Source: Fimbriosthenelais zetlandica (Eukaryota). Taken from it: a DNA stretch of 64,000 nt. The notes below the pieces were generated by a model. The model was not told where the DNA came from, did not search any database, and worked only from the letters and a program-made list of their open reading frames with translations. This document shows positions 14,460-27,700 of this stretch, piece after piece. Location of the stretch: the NCBI GenBank assembly GCA_977030845.1, contig OZ365113.1, forward strand, positions 15,190,001 through 15,254,000. Direction: 5' to 3'. Position 1 is the first letter of the stretch, and every line of letters begins with the position of its first letter. The position numbers were made by a program, and so were the translations under genes.

Positions 14460-16298
14460 TACTACTCACTCTTTTCTCTATCTCGCCATCTTTTCAATTC
14501 TGACAGCTACATTTCCTCCTTTGAAAGTCATTTTACAAGGTTGCGGTGAACCACTTTGTCACCCATCCATTTCAAGTGGATGAGAATATTATATTTCATC
14601 TTGCTGTATGTCTATCGTTGGATTCTAATTTCATCTGAATTTTCATTTGTGCCAGTCTGTCTGTCTTCGACATTGGTACTCTCACAGCAGCTATCGCCAC
14701 TTATTTATGTCGTTCTCTCTGGGTCGATGAGACAAGTAGAATAAAATGCCTCCAGGCATATGAGTCTTTAAAATGAGGATCAGGTCGTGAACACGAGAAG
14801 TCTTTTAGACTCTTGAAGAAAATTGGCAGATTTAATCCCCGCAGCTGTGGTGTATAATACTGTACTTATTGCCTCTACATGATCCCTGCTTAGACGTGCA
14901 CATCGTCTTTCGGTAGACCTTTTTGCCTCCACATTATTGTCCTCGTGGTGTTCAAATCGAGCTGATTGAAACTATTGAACTTAAAATACCATTTGTCTTT
15001 GTGGGATCTACAATTTAATGAATGAATAGTGACATTATTCCATTGCCATATAGTGGCGATGAGCAGGACTTGAGATGTGCTTGTGCTTCCATATGACAGT
15101 GTACTATAGGTAGACTACACGTGCTCTTTTTTAGAGGAAAGTTTTTTGATTTAAATCCAATGAAAAGTGTTAAGTGTATATATTTTTTGGTGACGCCTGT
15201 CAGCGATAGACACATAGTACCATAGGAATGCATCGTATAAATAGCAATATTTGTTTTATTTAAAACAAAATGCAGATTATATTTTAGTTATTTTAAATGA
15301 TAGTTTTATGGAAGTATTTATATTGCATCCTTCTTCGCTAATACTTTTTTAATATCTTTATATATGTACTTTAATCTAGGTGTATGTCGTAGGGCTTAAT
15401 CGATTATAAATAAGATAATTTGCAACTGGTAATGTCACATTTCTCAGGTAAAATTCCCCACGTCACCCTTAGGCTGAGTACATTACATGGATTGCTGTAG
15501 TAATGCCATCTTGCGGTCACTGGTGGCAAGAGGCGCCGAGTGGCCTTGATCCGATCCCAGCCACAAATGGAATCCCTCCCTGCTCTAAACCTTGTTTATT
15601 AAGACCAGCCCGTTTGATATACAACCCTGCCACACTGGTGACCTGCATGGCTTCCCCTGCCGAAATATACTGGCAGGGATGGATGCACCTTCATCGATTA
15701 AGGCTTCATTCCAATGTGAATATTCTCCAATTAAAAACCAGGTGATACTTAGGAATTAGGCAAGCATGCAATGTGTATATAATGGACATAATTCTATATT
15801 TGGGCATCTTTAAGGACTGTGTCCCATGGAGTGGTGAGAAAGCCTCGTGGAGATTCAGCACTGGCTCCTGGGCAGCTTTCAATTTGGAGACCCCATCAAT
15901 ATTGCTGTGGAGTGAAATAGGAAAGTAGTATTAAAGAAAACAAATTCTACACATATTGCCTTGTAAATGGGCGGTAAACCTGTAATCCTCCATCTGTCCC
16001 CTAGGAAGTGGCTCGGCAACCAATAGGAAAGTGCTCCATCGATCAGTTTACGACCTACAGAAATTGGAGAGGAACTCGCCTTTCTGTCGACGTAAATTTT
16101 TTGAGCCCATGTGTTCCTTCATGGTAAATGTTGATGTATATGCCTGTCAAGTGGGCAGATGGTTAGAAGGACATCAGCAAAAGGTCGATTGCCAACCTCC
16201 CACCTCCAGAGGCTGACTTCTTTTATTAGGTTTATGCCTGGAGGGGGTGTATGAAGGAGGACCATTAACCGCCCGGATGAGCAGAGCTTAGTATGGTT

Positions 16299-16319
16299 GG
16301 GGGTGGGGGTGGGGGTGGG
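16299..16319 (+). repeat. (GGGGGT)n tract, potential G-quadruplex
   Basis: Four G-runs with 1-nt loops. Other G-run clusters are at 5313-5337, 45824-45841 and 55872-55900. Confidence 0.6.
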
Positions 16320-16409
16320 AGCTGGAGTATGGGAAAAATAGTTGGACACTATAGTCAGGCATGGATCCCTTATATATCCCTTTACTTGGGAAAGGCGGTA
16401 TGAAGCAGA

Positions 16410-16468
16410 GCTCTTTGGGATTTAGTGTATCGAGGCCGAAGGCCGAGAAACCTTAAATTCCATAGAGC
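16410..16468. repeat. Imperfect hairpin / short palindromic MITE remnant with a GAGGCCGAAGGCCGA core
   Basis: The 22-nt arms GCTCTTTGGGATTTAGTGTATC and (reverse complement) GCTCTATGGAATTTAAGGTTTC match at 17 of 22 positions. Confidence 0.55.
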
Positions 16469-19063
16469 ATGACTCCTCATCTCAACCCATGCATTATTCC
16501 GTAAGTAGTGCATGAATATACTTGAGACTAGATGATTGTGATAGCATCAGTAATTGAAGCTATCTAATCGCCTTGCTCAAGTCCTGGATCAGCTCTTTCG
16601 TTACTCCATGGCGATCCAGTCATCATTCTGTATTATGAGTGACTGGTTCTCTGGGCCACCTGTGAAGGGAGGACTGAGTCACCTAGCTCACTGTGTAGCC
16701 ATCTGGTGTTGAACGAAGGAGCTTCTCGTGATGCTCAATATGGTCGGTCTCAGGTCATGCTCAAAAGAATCTTGGGAGAGAACCATCACACCCATGACAT
16801 CTGGAGGTTGAGGACTGAACTGCATGTTCTCCTATATCAGCGTGACACATTTCAATGGTTAAATATTAGTTCTTGCTGTACCCACTATGCTTGTCTGATC
16901 ATTCATTTACGCTTGAATGAGATTGCATGAACAAGCAAAAAGAGGTCGCCTATAGCCAGGGCTAAAGTCTTAGTCACCTTACTATCCCTGTAATGATGAT
17001 AATTCTTCCTCTCAGGCTAAATTAATATCACAGCCTTCCAAAGGAGTCATCTCAGTGTTAATTAGCCCTAGATTAACTTTGTAACGACCACATTATTAGC
17101 AACAAAACTCAGAGATTTGCACTTCTTATTTTCCCCATCTTGTACTACATGTGGGAAAGATTTTTTAATCATTCATGTATAGTTTCAGATTTAAAATTAG
17201 GAAAATAATGTTGAATCTGAGGTTTCAAAATTCTAGTCATGCTGGCGTTTCTCCCAGTCTATACTGATATCCAAGATTGTCAAGTAGCCGGCAGACCTAA
17301 CCACCTAACCAGTAATTGAATATCTCAGCCTTATTGGGCATGTGTAGAAGACTGATAAGAGGTCAGTGGATTGCCATTAAGCCATTACTGACTACAGTAT
17401 ATTACCAAAAACTGATCCAAATGATTGATATTACATTACATGGATTATAAGACCATTTCCTTTTATACTTTATTAGGCTGAGCAGGAAGAGGAAGAGGAA
17501 TGGATCACAATGGATCGCCAACACCATCCGCCTCTTATTTCCACTGGTAAGTAACGCCTGTGGCAATTTGATACTCTCTAGATAAGATTCGCCATGTGTG
17601 TCATATACATTTTGATGGTATTGGCTGCTGTATCATGCTTGCATGCCTCTATCCACTGATCTGCACTCTTCACTCTATATCTGCAGCTCAAGCCCATAAT
17701 GCACAGTGGATACCGGCTGCCTGCCATGCAGTATGTCCCTCTCCAGAAGTGCAAGCCACATGGTTCTGAATTTCAGTCACCGCTACGCATGAACGGTTGA
17801 AATAACTATAAGAGCAGTGTTTGGCATAACCTTTATTTTTTTGATAACGTTTAATAATAATGTTTCATGTACGCATTAGTCCAGCTATATGTACACCTCA
17901 CGCCCGTTGTTTTCATATTGCACTATAAGATAACAGGAAAAGCTTATCCTTATCTGACCTGTTCACCTTTCTGATGAAAGCATCCCGAATACCTTTACCA
18001 ATACCGTATCAGAACATACAACAGAGGATATGATAATTATAGCACATAATAACAAAGTAAATCTTTGTACAAAAATATAGTATTATAGGTTGATATTCAT
18101 ATTCATGAATCAACATTTAGAATGTTATATTTTCAAACTTATCACACCGAGATATTACCAACATACTCAACATTCTGCCAGATAGAATAATAAACATAAA
18201 ATAATATAATACTGTAATTAATGAGATATGGAATGTCAATCTTAATACGTAGGTAATTCAATTTATATTAATTATATTAATACAATATCTGTGGAAATAC
18301 AACACTAAGTCGAACACAAGACATTATATAAGGCTGATAATCTTATTATGCTATTTCTCCGTGTCCATTAGTTGGTTGTCCTTTAGTCCAATTTACTTAG
18401 TCTTCCACTGCCATGGCTTACCTATTCTGATTTACTATACAGGTAAAGAAAAAATATTTTTGGTAAAATTAAAATCATGACATAAATCTGATGAGCAACT
18501 GATACCTCGGAATAACATATATGAACATTTTTAGTTAGAGACTAGATATGCCCAATAATTTGTAACTACTGCGGTAGTTTGAAAAAAATTACAATGCCGG
18601 ATTCCTAAGCATACCTCCTTTGGGATCTCCTTTCAAAACACTTTCAGTTTTAGCTGCCTCTTATTCTGTCTGGCAGTTTATAATACGAACCTAGAGGTTT
18701 TTTGAATGGATAACTATAGAATTTGAAAGTTTAAATAAATATATCTCAGACCAGTACAGAACCAGTGCTGCCCATGCACCAATACAGCAGTTGAAGTTGA
18801 ATCTGTCTTATACATTCAGTATTCTGCATCTACCATTTCAATGCCTTCCACCTACGCCCAAAACACACTTTTGACCCAGACCTTATACCTTGTGCAGAAC
18901 ATCATCGTCTTCCGAAGTGAAGCAACACTCCACTTTATATTTTTATTTCATCCTTTGAATGGTCAGCATTTCCAATTGGTCTTATTTCTTTCATAAGTGA
19001 ATTTCATCTACAACCCTTTAATTTAAACTAGGACTGAATAATGTCAGTAACCTCCGTTCCCTG

Positions 19064-20221
19064 TCAGAAGGTAGACTCTCTGGTGGCACATGTACTGAAG
19101 CGCCTCAGATGCAGATAGTTACCACCCTGACCATTCTGGGCCTTCCGTGTCAACAGACATCTTTCTACGCAGAAGATTCTCTTCAGTGTGCCCAAGAACT
19201 TCTCACTGAACCAGCAGTAAAGAATGAAGTTGAGTGCTGATTTCAACACAAGCAGGAACATGGTTATTGCCCTGAAGACCAGGAACAAGGAGCCCATACT
19301 GGCATACTTGTTGATGCTGGTAATGGCCGTGTAGATGACATAAGGTGCTTGACATATGAAGAAGACAATGATGACACTGATGAGCATGATGGTGATTTGC
19401 AGTTCCTCACGTTGCACTGTGGTGGTGGCGCTGCCAACAGGGGTGAGATTCCTCTGAATGTACTGTGTGGACTTGCGGACTTCCCAAATAAGTCTGACGT
19501 TCAGAGAAACGAGGAGCACGAATGGGACAACTGAAGATAGGATACCATCTATAAGCCATGGGTACACCGTCATGTATAACTCATTGAATGAAAGTTCAGT
19601 TGGGTCATGGTAGATGATAGTTTGATTTGTGGCCGGGTCTGTAGCACTATTCACGCTGTATTCCCAGAAGTTGGACATTCGGCAGATGATAGCAAAGACA
19701 AAAATGGTGATGATGAATATTCTTGCCTTGGTGACAGAACAGAACCTGGCAGCCAGAAATGGCCGGCATATTGCCACATATCGCTCAATGGCGAGCATCA
19801 CGGTCAACCAGCTAGAAGCTATGAGGCAGATATTCATAAGGATGGCAGCGTACGTGATGTAGATTTCAAACAAGTAGTCACTCTGAGAGTTCTGAGAAGG
19901 AGCAAAACTGGGCAAGATGGTAGCCAGTAAAACAAGAAAAATGAGATCAGCCCCCGCCAAAGCCATCAAATAACAGTTAGTGGAGGTCTTCATATTCTTC
20001 CTACTGAGCACAATGATTGTTAAGATTATTCCTGCTATTCCAAACGTGCAGATGATAGGCAGCAGGATCCGGTAGATGGCGACTGCGATGGAATGCTGTC
20101 CAACATGTCCATTGTCATCCATTGATGCCCCTATGTAATCATTGTTAAAGGTGTTTGTCACGTTTGGTTCACTTCGGACGTGAACAGACGAGAGGGCATG
20201 AGAATTATTTCTCTCCTCCAT
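19064..20221 (-). CDS. Class A (rhodopsin-like) GPCR, FMRFamide-receptor/GPR139-142-like orphan peptide receptor, 385 aa, coding region in a single exon
   Basis: The ORF is intact and has seven hydrophobic segments. Motifs: TM2 LAGAD, TM3 IERY followed by VAICRPF, TM5 VVPF, TM6 FFICQAP, TM7 LNFILY. N-glycosylation sequons occur at the N-terminus (NNS, NVT) and in ECL2 (NQT). An in-frame TAA lies 17 codons upstream of the ATG, so this is the first usable ATG. The family call comes from motif pattern recall, not a database search. Confidence 0.95.
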   Translation of the reverse strand: MEERNNSHALSSVHVRSEPNVTNTFNNDYIGASMDDNGHVGQHSIAVAIYRILLPIICTFGIAGIILTIIVLSRKNMKTSTNCYLMALAGADLIFLVLLATILPSFAPSQNSQSDYLFEIYITYAAILMNICLIASSWLTVMLAIERYVAICRPFLAARFCSVTKARIFIITIFVFAIICRMSNFWEYSVNSATDPATNQTIIYHDPTELSFNELYMTVYPWLIDGILSSVVPFVLLVSLNVRLIWEVRKSTQYIQRNLTPVGSATTTVQREELQITIMLISVIIVFFICQAPYVIYTAITSINKYASMGSLFLVFRAITMFLLVLKSALNFILYCWFSEKFLGTLKRIFCVERCLLTRKAQNGQGGNYLHLRRFSTCATRESTF

Positions 20222-20481
20222 CTTCTTTACTGGATTTGGCTCCTTAGAGGATGGTTTCCAAGGAGATGATTAGCAAACACTTGGATCTGTTGGTCTCAAA
20301 GGGTTCACTCGCTCTGCTCTATTTCTCCTATGTTCTTGAGCCCTACAGACTTCTGGAACTTTCAGTTTCTCTTTCTCTCTGGCAAAGCCAATGGCATGGG
20401 AACTTCCTTTGCCATAATTGAACTAAGAAGAAACACGAAGATGTCACGTTCTTCCCGGCTTCTTTGTTTGAACAAGCAGAC
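20222..20481 (-). other. 5' UTR portion of the GPCR coding exon, starting at a 3' splice site
   Basis: The minus strand reads TTAATTTGATTATTTCCTTCTTTTCCCTCAG|GTCTG: a long polypyrimidine tract followed by CAG, with the AG at 20483-20482. Confidence 0.7.
20362..20415 (-). promoter_or_regulatory. Upstream ORF (MAKEVPMPLALPERKRN*) in the GPCR 5' UTR
   Basis: It runs from an ATG at 20415 to a TGA at 20364-20362 and has a second in-frame ATG. It lies inside the predicted UTR exon and ends about 140 nt before the main ATG. Confidence 0.5.
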
Positions 20482-20988
20482 CTGAGGGAAAAGAAGGAAA
20501 TAATCAAATTAACAAGTTGAAAATGCTGTTGGCTTCTGCCGCAATGAGAGAATTTGGGAGGCTGTGGGATTGCTCACGAATGAATGACAAATACTTTTAC
20601 AATGATTTCTAAGATACCAAAGATTATACATGATGATTTGTGCATGCCTCAGCATGAACATTGATTGATTTACCTTTTTTGGTCTGACCATTACAGTTGA
20701 GACAGTGATCTCGGCCATTGCATTCATGGATTTGGGGAATAAACACCAAGACTGTCATGAATTAATTTGTGCCCTTATGATTTAATTCTTCAAGCGTATT
20801 GCCAAAAGGAAAAAAGTTACTGTCCTCTGTGCTAAACATTCATTTGACGGAGAGGAAATTCAAACACTTGTCAGGTTTCAACTTGTAACCAAGGACAAAT
20901 GGAAACAAAAGGCTACCAGAAGTTAAATGGCTTCAACATTGAGGCCGAAGCCAAAATTCTAATAGTAGGTGGGGAAACTGAACCTTAC
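20482..20988 (-). other. Candidate 5' UTR intron of the GPCR (about 507 nt)
   Basis: A donor-like GAG|GTAAGG has its GT at 20988-20987 on the minus strand. It is the nearest strong donor upstream of the acceptor; the pairing is inferred. Confidence 0.4.
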
Positions 20989-23900
20989 CTCCACCAGAAG
21001 AAATCGAATGCCTAATCCTATTTATTAGGAAGAAGAAATTTAAGCACGTGCGTGGTGGACTTGTACAAATTCATGGGCTAATAGCGAACTAATCGATTTC
21101 CTTGACTGGTGAGACAGGCTGGTGTTCTATACCTCTATGGACATGTTCCCTGCAGCTTCAATTTACTACCAGTTACGAGTAGTTGAACTATAAAAACACA
21201 AAGGCAAACGACATTGGTGGTTTTTGCATGAGCATGCTTCAAGATAATAGATAGTACTTCATGCCAGATTGCCGTGTCTGTGCATCAGGTGAAAGCAAAT
21301 CAAGTGTGATCCAAGTTATTGTTGGTCGCTTCACTTACACCTTGTTACTGTCTGACCATCGTTGCCTGGCCGTCTCCATGCAGCCTTCATCTGTCATGTT
21401 AGAATAATCGATCATGGCTTTCTTGTGTTTGAAGAGGCTACTTTTTCCTATCTGCTGCTCACATACGCATGAAACTATGAATGTCAATTCCAACTCATGA
21501 ACCGATTACATTCAGCTGTTCATTGTCAATGGTCTGCTGAAATAGTTCCAAAGAATCTGTTGGAAATATCGTTTTGCCAGGCGCCCGCTCTTTACTCAGC
21601 GGTCAAAATAGACTTTTGTCGATGCACTGTGCCTCTGTTAAATAATTGAATTCCATTTAACTCTGTTGCTCAGATGTTGTATAAAACAATAATAGTAAAC
21701 ACACAATATAGCTCAGTGGACCTTTCTATAGAGTAATGATCCTTGTCAAGTGTTGTCGGTTTATAAATGTCTTCCATTATTGCTTGCCACGTAAAATGGA
21801 AATTTACTCCCCCTGTTGACAAAGTAAAAATGTTGACTCATCCTTACTGTCCAAATAAAATGGAGTTTACTAGTTATCTCCTTGAAATTGGCATTGCGAT
21901 GTTAGTCGCCTTGGTATTGATAAAAGAATGGCTGAATGGTGTGCCGAGTACCAGTCCCAGACACTAAGGGCATGTACGAGCAGCTCACTGCTGAGCTATA
22001 ACATGTTGGTCTCCATGACAATATGTGGACTAATGAGAATCTGACCTACCTAGAACAGATCACAAACCCATGACTAGTCAGGATATGTATTGAATTTCCA
22101 TGATACCTATTCACCAGTTTGAGCAAGCAGTTTTATAGAGATTCTTGCAAGGGACTCTGGCCATCCTTTTTGAAGGTTTATATATACAACCCTTCAGAAC
22201 CCTCTAGGGTTTCTGTTTATTGATGAGGGTCGTCTCATGTGATTAATGGGTGCCCTTCCTTATTATCTCCCCCCAAAAAGCAAACCTATTATAAAGTTCA
22301 GTAGAGTAGTACAAGTGGTATTGCCTCGTACTTCATCATCCATCCTCCTCATCATCTAGACATATCGCTGGTAAGACCCTCTGAGTATAATTAATACTGA
22401 GCTTGTCTCATCCTATATACTAATAAGCAGCATGTGTAACATTTTAGGAAACCTTCCTTTCATGTTTAAGCTGCTTTTGCCTTTTTGATGCTGAAGAATT
22501 TCAATATTCCTGTTTGATTGTTCACTGGACCTTAGTATATATATAAATAAAAGGACAAATCTGCTGTCAGGGAATTTCCAAGACATGCAAAACATAACTG
22601 TATGGGAATAAGGTAGGCATGGGGAAAATCTTGCCTTGTGGCAGCCATTTTAAGACCCGTAGAATAAGCAGGAAGATCTTATTCCTTTTCCCAGGGAACG
22701 CCGGGAAGGTTGTTGGGAGATATTACCTGGGTATATACACTGTGAAAACCTAATGTTAAATATCCGGTAGCTTTCGTGATATAATATTTGTATCTCAAAG
22801 CTGAATACCTTCAGTTTTAGAGTACACTGTTTCCATAGTAAGAGATGTTTCTTTATATTTAGATGGAAAGTGTCACATGGTCGATGGCAGTCATTGTCAT
22901 TGTGCTCTGGGTTAAGAAAAAAGGCCAGATGCAGGTTTATAGTGTTCGCAATTCAGGTGGAGTAAATTCCCTTTTACGTTTGGTCATGTGTAGCAGTATC
23001 CCCCATCAGCCTCCCTTACCACCTCATATAAATGCCGGCAGATAAGCTCTAGGGTAAACAGAGGAAAGTTCTACTGCCTAATGACCTCACTTCCGGACCT
23101 GACATCTGTCCTGGTCCCACTGCATCCTTCCTTCCCTCGTCCTTTCTCTGGGCTGCTGTTTCACCCCAAGAGAATTCCCAGGCATAAGAACAAAAACTGT
23201 ACATATTTGAATGTGATTCCTTGCTCTGAACATTCAATGCACTTCGATCTGCTTCCTCTGAAGAATTTTTGAAAATCGCTGAGAGTGATAATACTTTTGG
23301 TTTGATGATGTAAAAACAATTAAATATTAAGTATTATTTTCTTTGGGCATCAGATGGATTACTCAATTATCCTTTTCGATGTTTCACAACAGAGAAAAAT
23401 GAAACTTATTACTGGCGTTAGGTGTTGCAATTCTTATTACCAGGTACGATGGTGTGAAACATAATATATATTGAATTTGGCCTAAGAGCTCACTTAAGCA
23501 TTCTCGTCTGTCAGTGTCCATAAGTCACAGCAAATCTGGAAACTTGCAGCCAAGGCTGAATGACGTTCAACCTTGGTCATTTGCGGGAAATGATTTCCTC
23601 TCCAATATCATAGGTATCATGCCATAGGATGCTGGTGGGGTTGTATCATCATATAAGGTGCGGATAATAATCATCTATTCATTATTCGGTAAGAGACGTG
23701 TATCAATACAATGACACTGCTGGATTGTATTGCTTGTAGGAGGGGCATGACAGTTAATTGGTTATAGCTGAAGAAATACCGGCTAAGGATGGTGAGAATT
23801 GTCGGTGGATAGATTAGATAAAGATAACTGATAGCCGTTTTTATGTTCCCATACATGATGAGGTTCATATATATATAGGCACCTATTGTCATTTGCCTCG

Positions 23901-24499
23901 TCTGCCTCAAGTTTACTATGGAAAGAGAAATTTATACTAGATCTCTCTAGATCGTTTTACTGCATGAAATAATAAGACCTATAGATTTACAGATTATAGT
24001 GTCTGCCTCTTGTGGAACTACAGAGATTTCTATACGCCTGAAATGGTTTGTGTGGTTGTAATGTATTACCGCATAATTGCCGGATTAATTCATGTCAAGA
24101 TTCAGTGACTCAGAAGTCTTGGTAATATCGCTGACAGTTAATAATGGACAAGACCCTACGATCCGTCCAGAGGATAATGGATGCCTCATGAAATACTGTT
24201 GTAGAGTACTGAGTATATAACCTGTTTTTCTGCTATGCTCAACATCTTTTGCTCCAAAAAACTGTGTCATAATGGCCAGTAAGATTGACACATTACCTAA
24301 GTTTATATAGGCATTTTCTATACGCCTAGAGTTATTATAGAGAGATCCACCTGCTGACAGTTTTCTGCCTTTGACTTTCACAACATGAACTAGAACTTGA
24401 AGAAAACCATTAGCTCATGTGATTTGGTCGAGTATAGTGTCATTTAAATGATAGTTACGATTATTTTACGAAAACGAGTTAATGGAGTAGGCATGACAG

Positions 24500-24775
24500 A
24501 GGAGACATGAAGATGATAGTGGAGGAAGGAAGAGAAAAGAGGAGGGAGGACGGAGGAGGGAGGAGTGAGACCTAGAAAAATAGAAGAGAGACAGACAGGA
24601 GAAATGGGAGAGACGGAGAGGATAGAGATGGGAGAAGAGAAAGATAGGAGAAGAGAGAGACAGGAGATACGGGAAAAGCTAGAGAGGGAGACTGGAGAAG
24701 AGAGATGGGAGATAAGAGAGAGACGGAGGAAGAGACAAAGAGAGAGATGGGCGAATAGAGGAGGGAGGGCTGACT
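24500..24775 (+). repeat. GA-rich purine low-complexity tract
   Basis: About 275 nt of almost pure A/G (GAGA, GGAGA and GAAGA units). It explains the ORFs at 24565 and 24572. Confidence 0.9.
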
Positions 24776-27700
24776 GACCGACTGTGTGGCAACATTTTCA
24801 AGTACGGGCAAAGATACTAATATATTTGTATCTTTGGTACGGGTCTATGCTTACTATCGGCTGCTTCTCTTCTGTTGTCAGCTAAATAAAGCTTGTTCAG
24901 CATGGCGGTTAGGGAGCAAATTTTTTGCAGAGACTTAGATACTATAGATTTATAGGTGTGACAAAAAAAATGGACGAATACGAGAAGAGGAAGACCGACA
25001 ATTTCGAGCAAACAAGTTTAGTTTGCAAAAAGCGAATAACATTGCTCTGCCTTGTGTGACAACAAAAGTGGAAGCCTGAGAGGCTTAAAAAAAAGGATAT
25101 CGATAGCCTGGGTGATTTCCCGTTACCATCGAGTTGAATGGGGTATTGTTACGCTGTTAAATATGGATTTACTTATCTTTCAGCAACAGTGTAATATCTC
25201 ATATATCATGCTTTCTTCTGTCTTTTCGTTCACTCTGTCCTCAATGTCTTCAAGCTTGTAACATGGCGGTAGTGTAGAGGCTTTCTTTTATAGACCCACC
25301 TATATATGAGTGGATCTAGTTACCTTTGTGTAGTACAGAGCACGTAAAGTGCTGTACAGATAGGCACATTTCATAGAATATTGCAATCTTTTTCGTGTGA
25401 CGAAGAGCAATACACTTTAAATGTGGCCCACAGTGGCTTGCAAATTATGCTTTAAATAGTGATACACAACAGTTGTTTGCAAGAGTAGAACGAAATGGTA
25501 TTCGCACATCGTCCTTTCCTAATTTATTGTTTGTATAAATGGTCCTGCATGTCAAATGACTCGGGGCAAAGGCAGATTCCAGACCATGTTACCCGTCACT
25601 TAGACTGTGACATTTATTTGATTTATATTCTTGCGTGTTGCGAATCTTGGGCAGTTTCTATGCGAGCATAGCAAAATAGTGTCAAACAGGAAATGGATGA
25701 CGCATAATATCCTGTCATCGAGATCGTCCCGGAAATTTTAGCAAAATGTGAAATGGTGGCACAAGAATGTAGATCTACTATCTGTTCTCGAACATTATTG
25801 TACATCCCAAAGAGTGCATAAACCATGCTCAACTTGCCTGTCTTTAATTTCGAATACAATATTTAAATATTAGAATTCCCCGTGACTGAGATTATAATCA
25901 TTATGAATATGATTCAATATCTATGACATTCAAGAAAGCCAGAGAGAGCGAACCAAGCAATGACATTTCCCCCATCAAACCATTTTTGTGAATGTGGGAA
26001 AAGCTAATGTATTTAGGCACATCAATGATGTGCACTGTCATGTTGCAACATGTGTCGACAATCTGTATGCATCATAATGGGCATCATAAAGGGCATGCAG
26101 TATTTTCACTATTATACAATTGTATGATCTCATAAAGGGGAATATCTGTCCCCGCACAATGCTTGACTCCATGCTGTACTGGCCTTTATGGAGGAGGCGT
26201 TGTCTGATATGAAAGCTTACTGACGGATCAAATAGAAATTTGCTTAGAATGGCTTCAGCTGATCTCTGTTAATTCCAGCAGTAACTGATTGATTATAATA
26301 TGGTCCGTGCTTTTCAGGCGGGACCCGCGCCGATCTCATATTATACTTACACTACATCATGTAATAACCGTCTTTGTAATTAATTATAATTTCTGAATAA
26401 TTAATTATTATTAGGCCAATATGCCTACAATCGTACTGTTTGAACATGTCCCAGACTTGCTACCTACACCTAATTGGCCACATAACTGAATGTCCAATTG
26501 GCCACAAAACTGAATCCAATGTTGGAAACAGAATATGAACACTGAAACCGAATTTCAATTGAACATTTTGTAAAAGACCTAGAAAGAAATATATATGGGG
26601 ACACTTTCAGTAATGCCAGTTTGGAATGTTGATACAGCTTGTGAGGCTTGTTTACCTCAACCTACAAACAAAGGATCACTTAAAACCCTCCACCTACAGC
26701 ACTTTATTCTATCTTAGGCACCTCCTACACACCAACAAGCCTCATCAAAGTATAGTAACACTATACAAGTAGTTCTGGCTCCCCTTACAGAACTGCAGGC
26801 TGTTCTACTCCCACCCACTCTTTTGAAATTCATACCACTGTTTTTGCCCATTTAAAATGAATATATATGGATCGTGCATTATCCATTAGGTAGTTGACCA
26901 TATTGTATTATGCAATACTGAGGAACTGAGACAGTTTAAGAACAGACCTGTCTTCGGCTGTTGGGCTTCATGCAATAAGGCCCTGTAATTAAAGCCGTAT
27001 TCATCTTTTTCACTTGGTAACGATGTTTGAGTCGAAAAACTGGCTGTTAACATTAAGATCATGCACAAGATTAAATTGTTTTAATTGGTCATTAACATTA
27101 TGTGATGGTGTTAAAATGCTCCGACACTTCTGTTTAAGCGGCCAAATAATCGTAAGTAGGTCTGAACGAATTATGTCTTGGCTCTGTGTACACTCGTGAT
27201 TGATATGGTTTTGGCATTATTTGCATCCTGTTTGAAATCATGACTGCATTCTGAAGGTTTTGCCTTTACTGGCTTTAGTAAATTATTTTTTAAAAGCCCG
27301 ACCAAGACAGAACTGCTAATAACTATTTGGACTTCCTTCTAAGTATTCTGAATGCATAGTATTATGAATGAAAACAAACAACACAAACAAATATGCTTAT
27401 ACATAAACCTGGAAAAGGCTGACGTGTTTGTTCCTCCATTGAATTGTCTATAGCTATCAGCAAAATTCATCAGGTGGTACTTGTTTAACACATTTTGAGG
27501 AAACTTCATCATGCCATGTAGTTGCAGATGTGACTTCCACAAGGCCTTGAGGAATGTTTGCTGACCAGGGTCGCTGTTTGTAATCAATACGGACTGTTTA
27601 TAATAGGCCTAATCTCCCACTAAATCGATTTTTATCTTTTTCTTTTATCAAATATCATTTAGAGACAACTGCGTCCCATCGGTGTATACGCTTAAAGGTG

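Noticed and set aside
21611-21631. RSS/Transib-like CACAGTG plus ACAAAAGTC on the minus strand
   Set aside because: The spacer is 5 nt rather than 12 or 23, no partner end was found, and the heptamer is expected several times by chance.
24565-24811. E/R-rich and S/L/P-rich ORFs
   Set aside because: They are translations of the GA-rich low-complexity tract.
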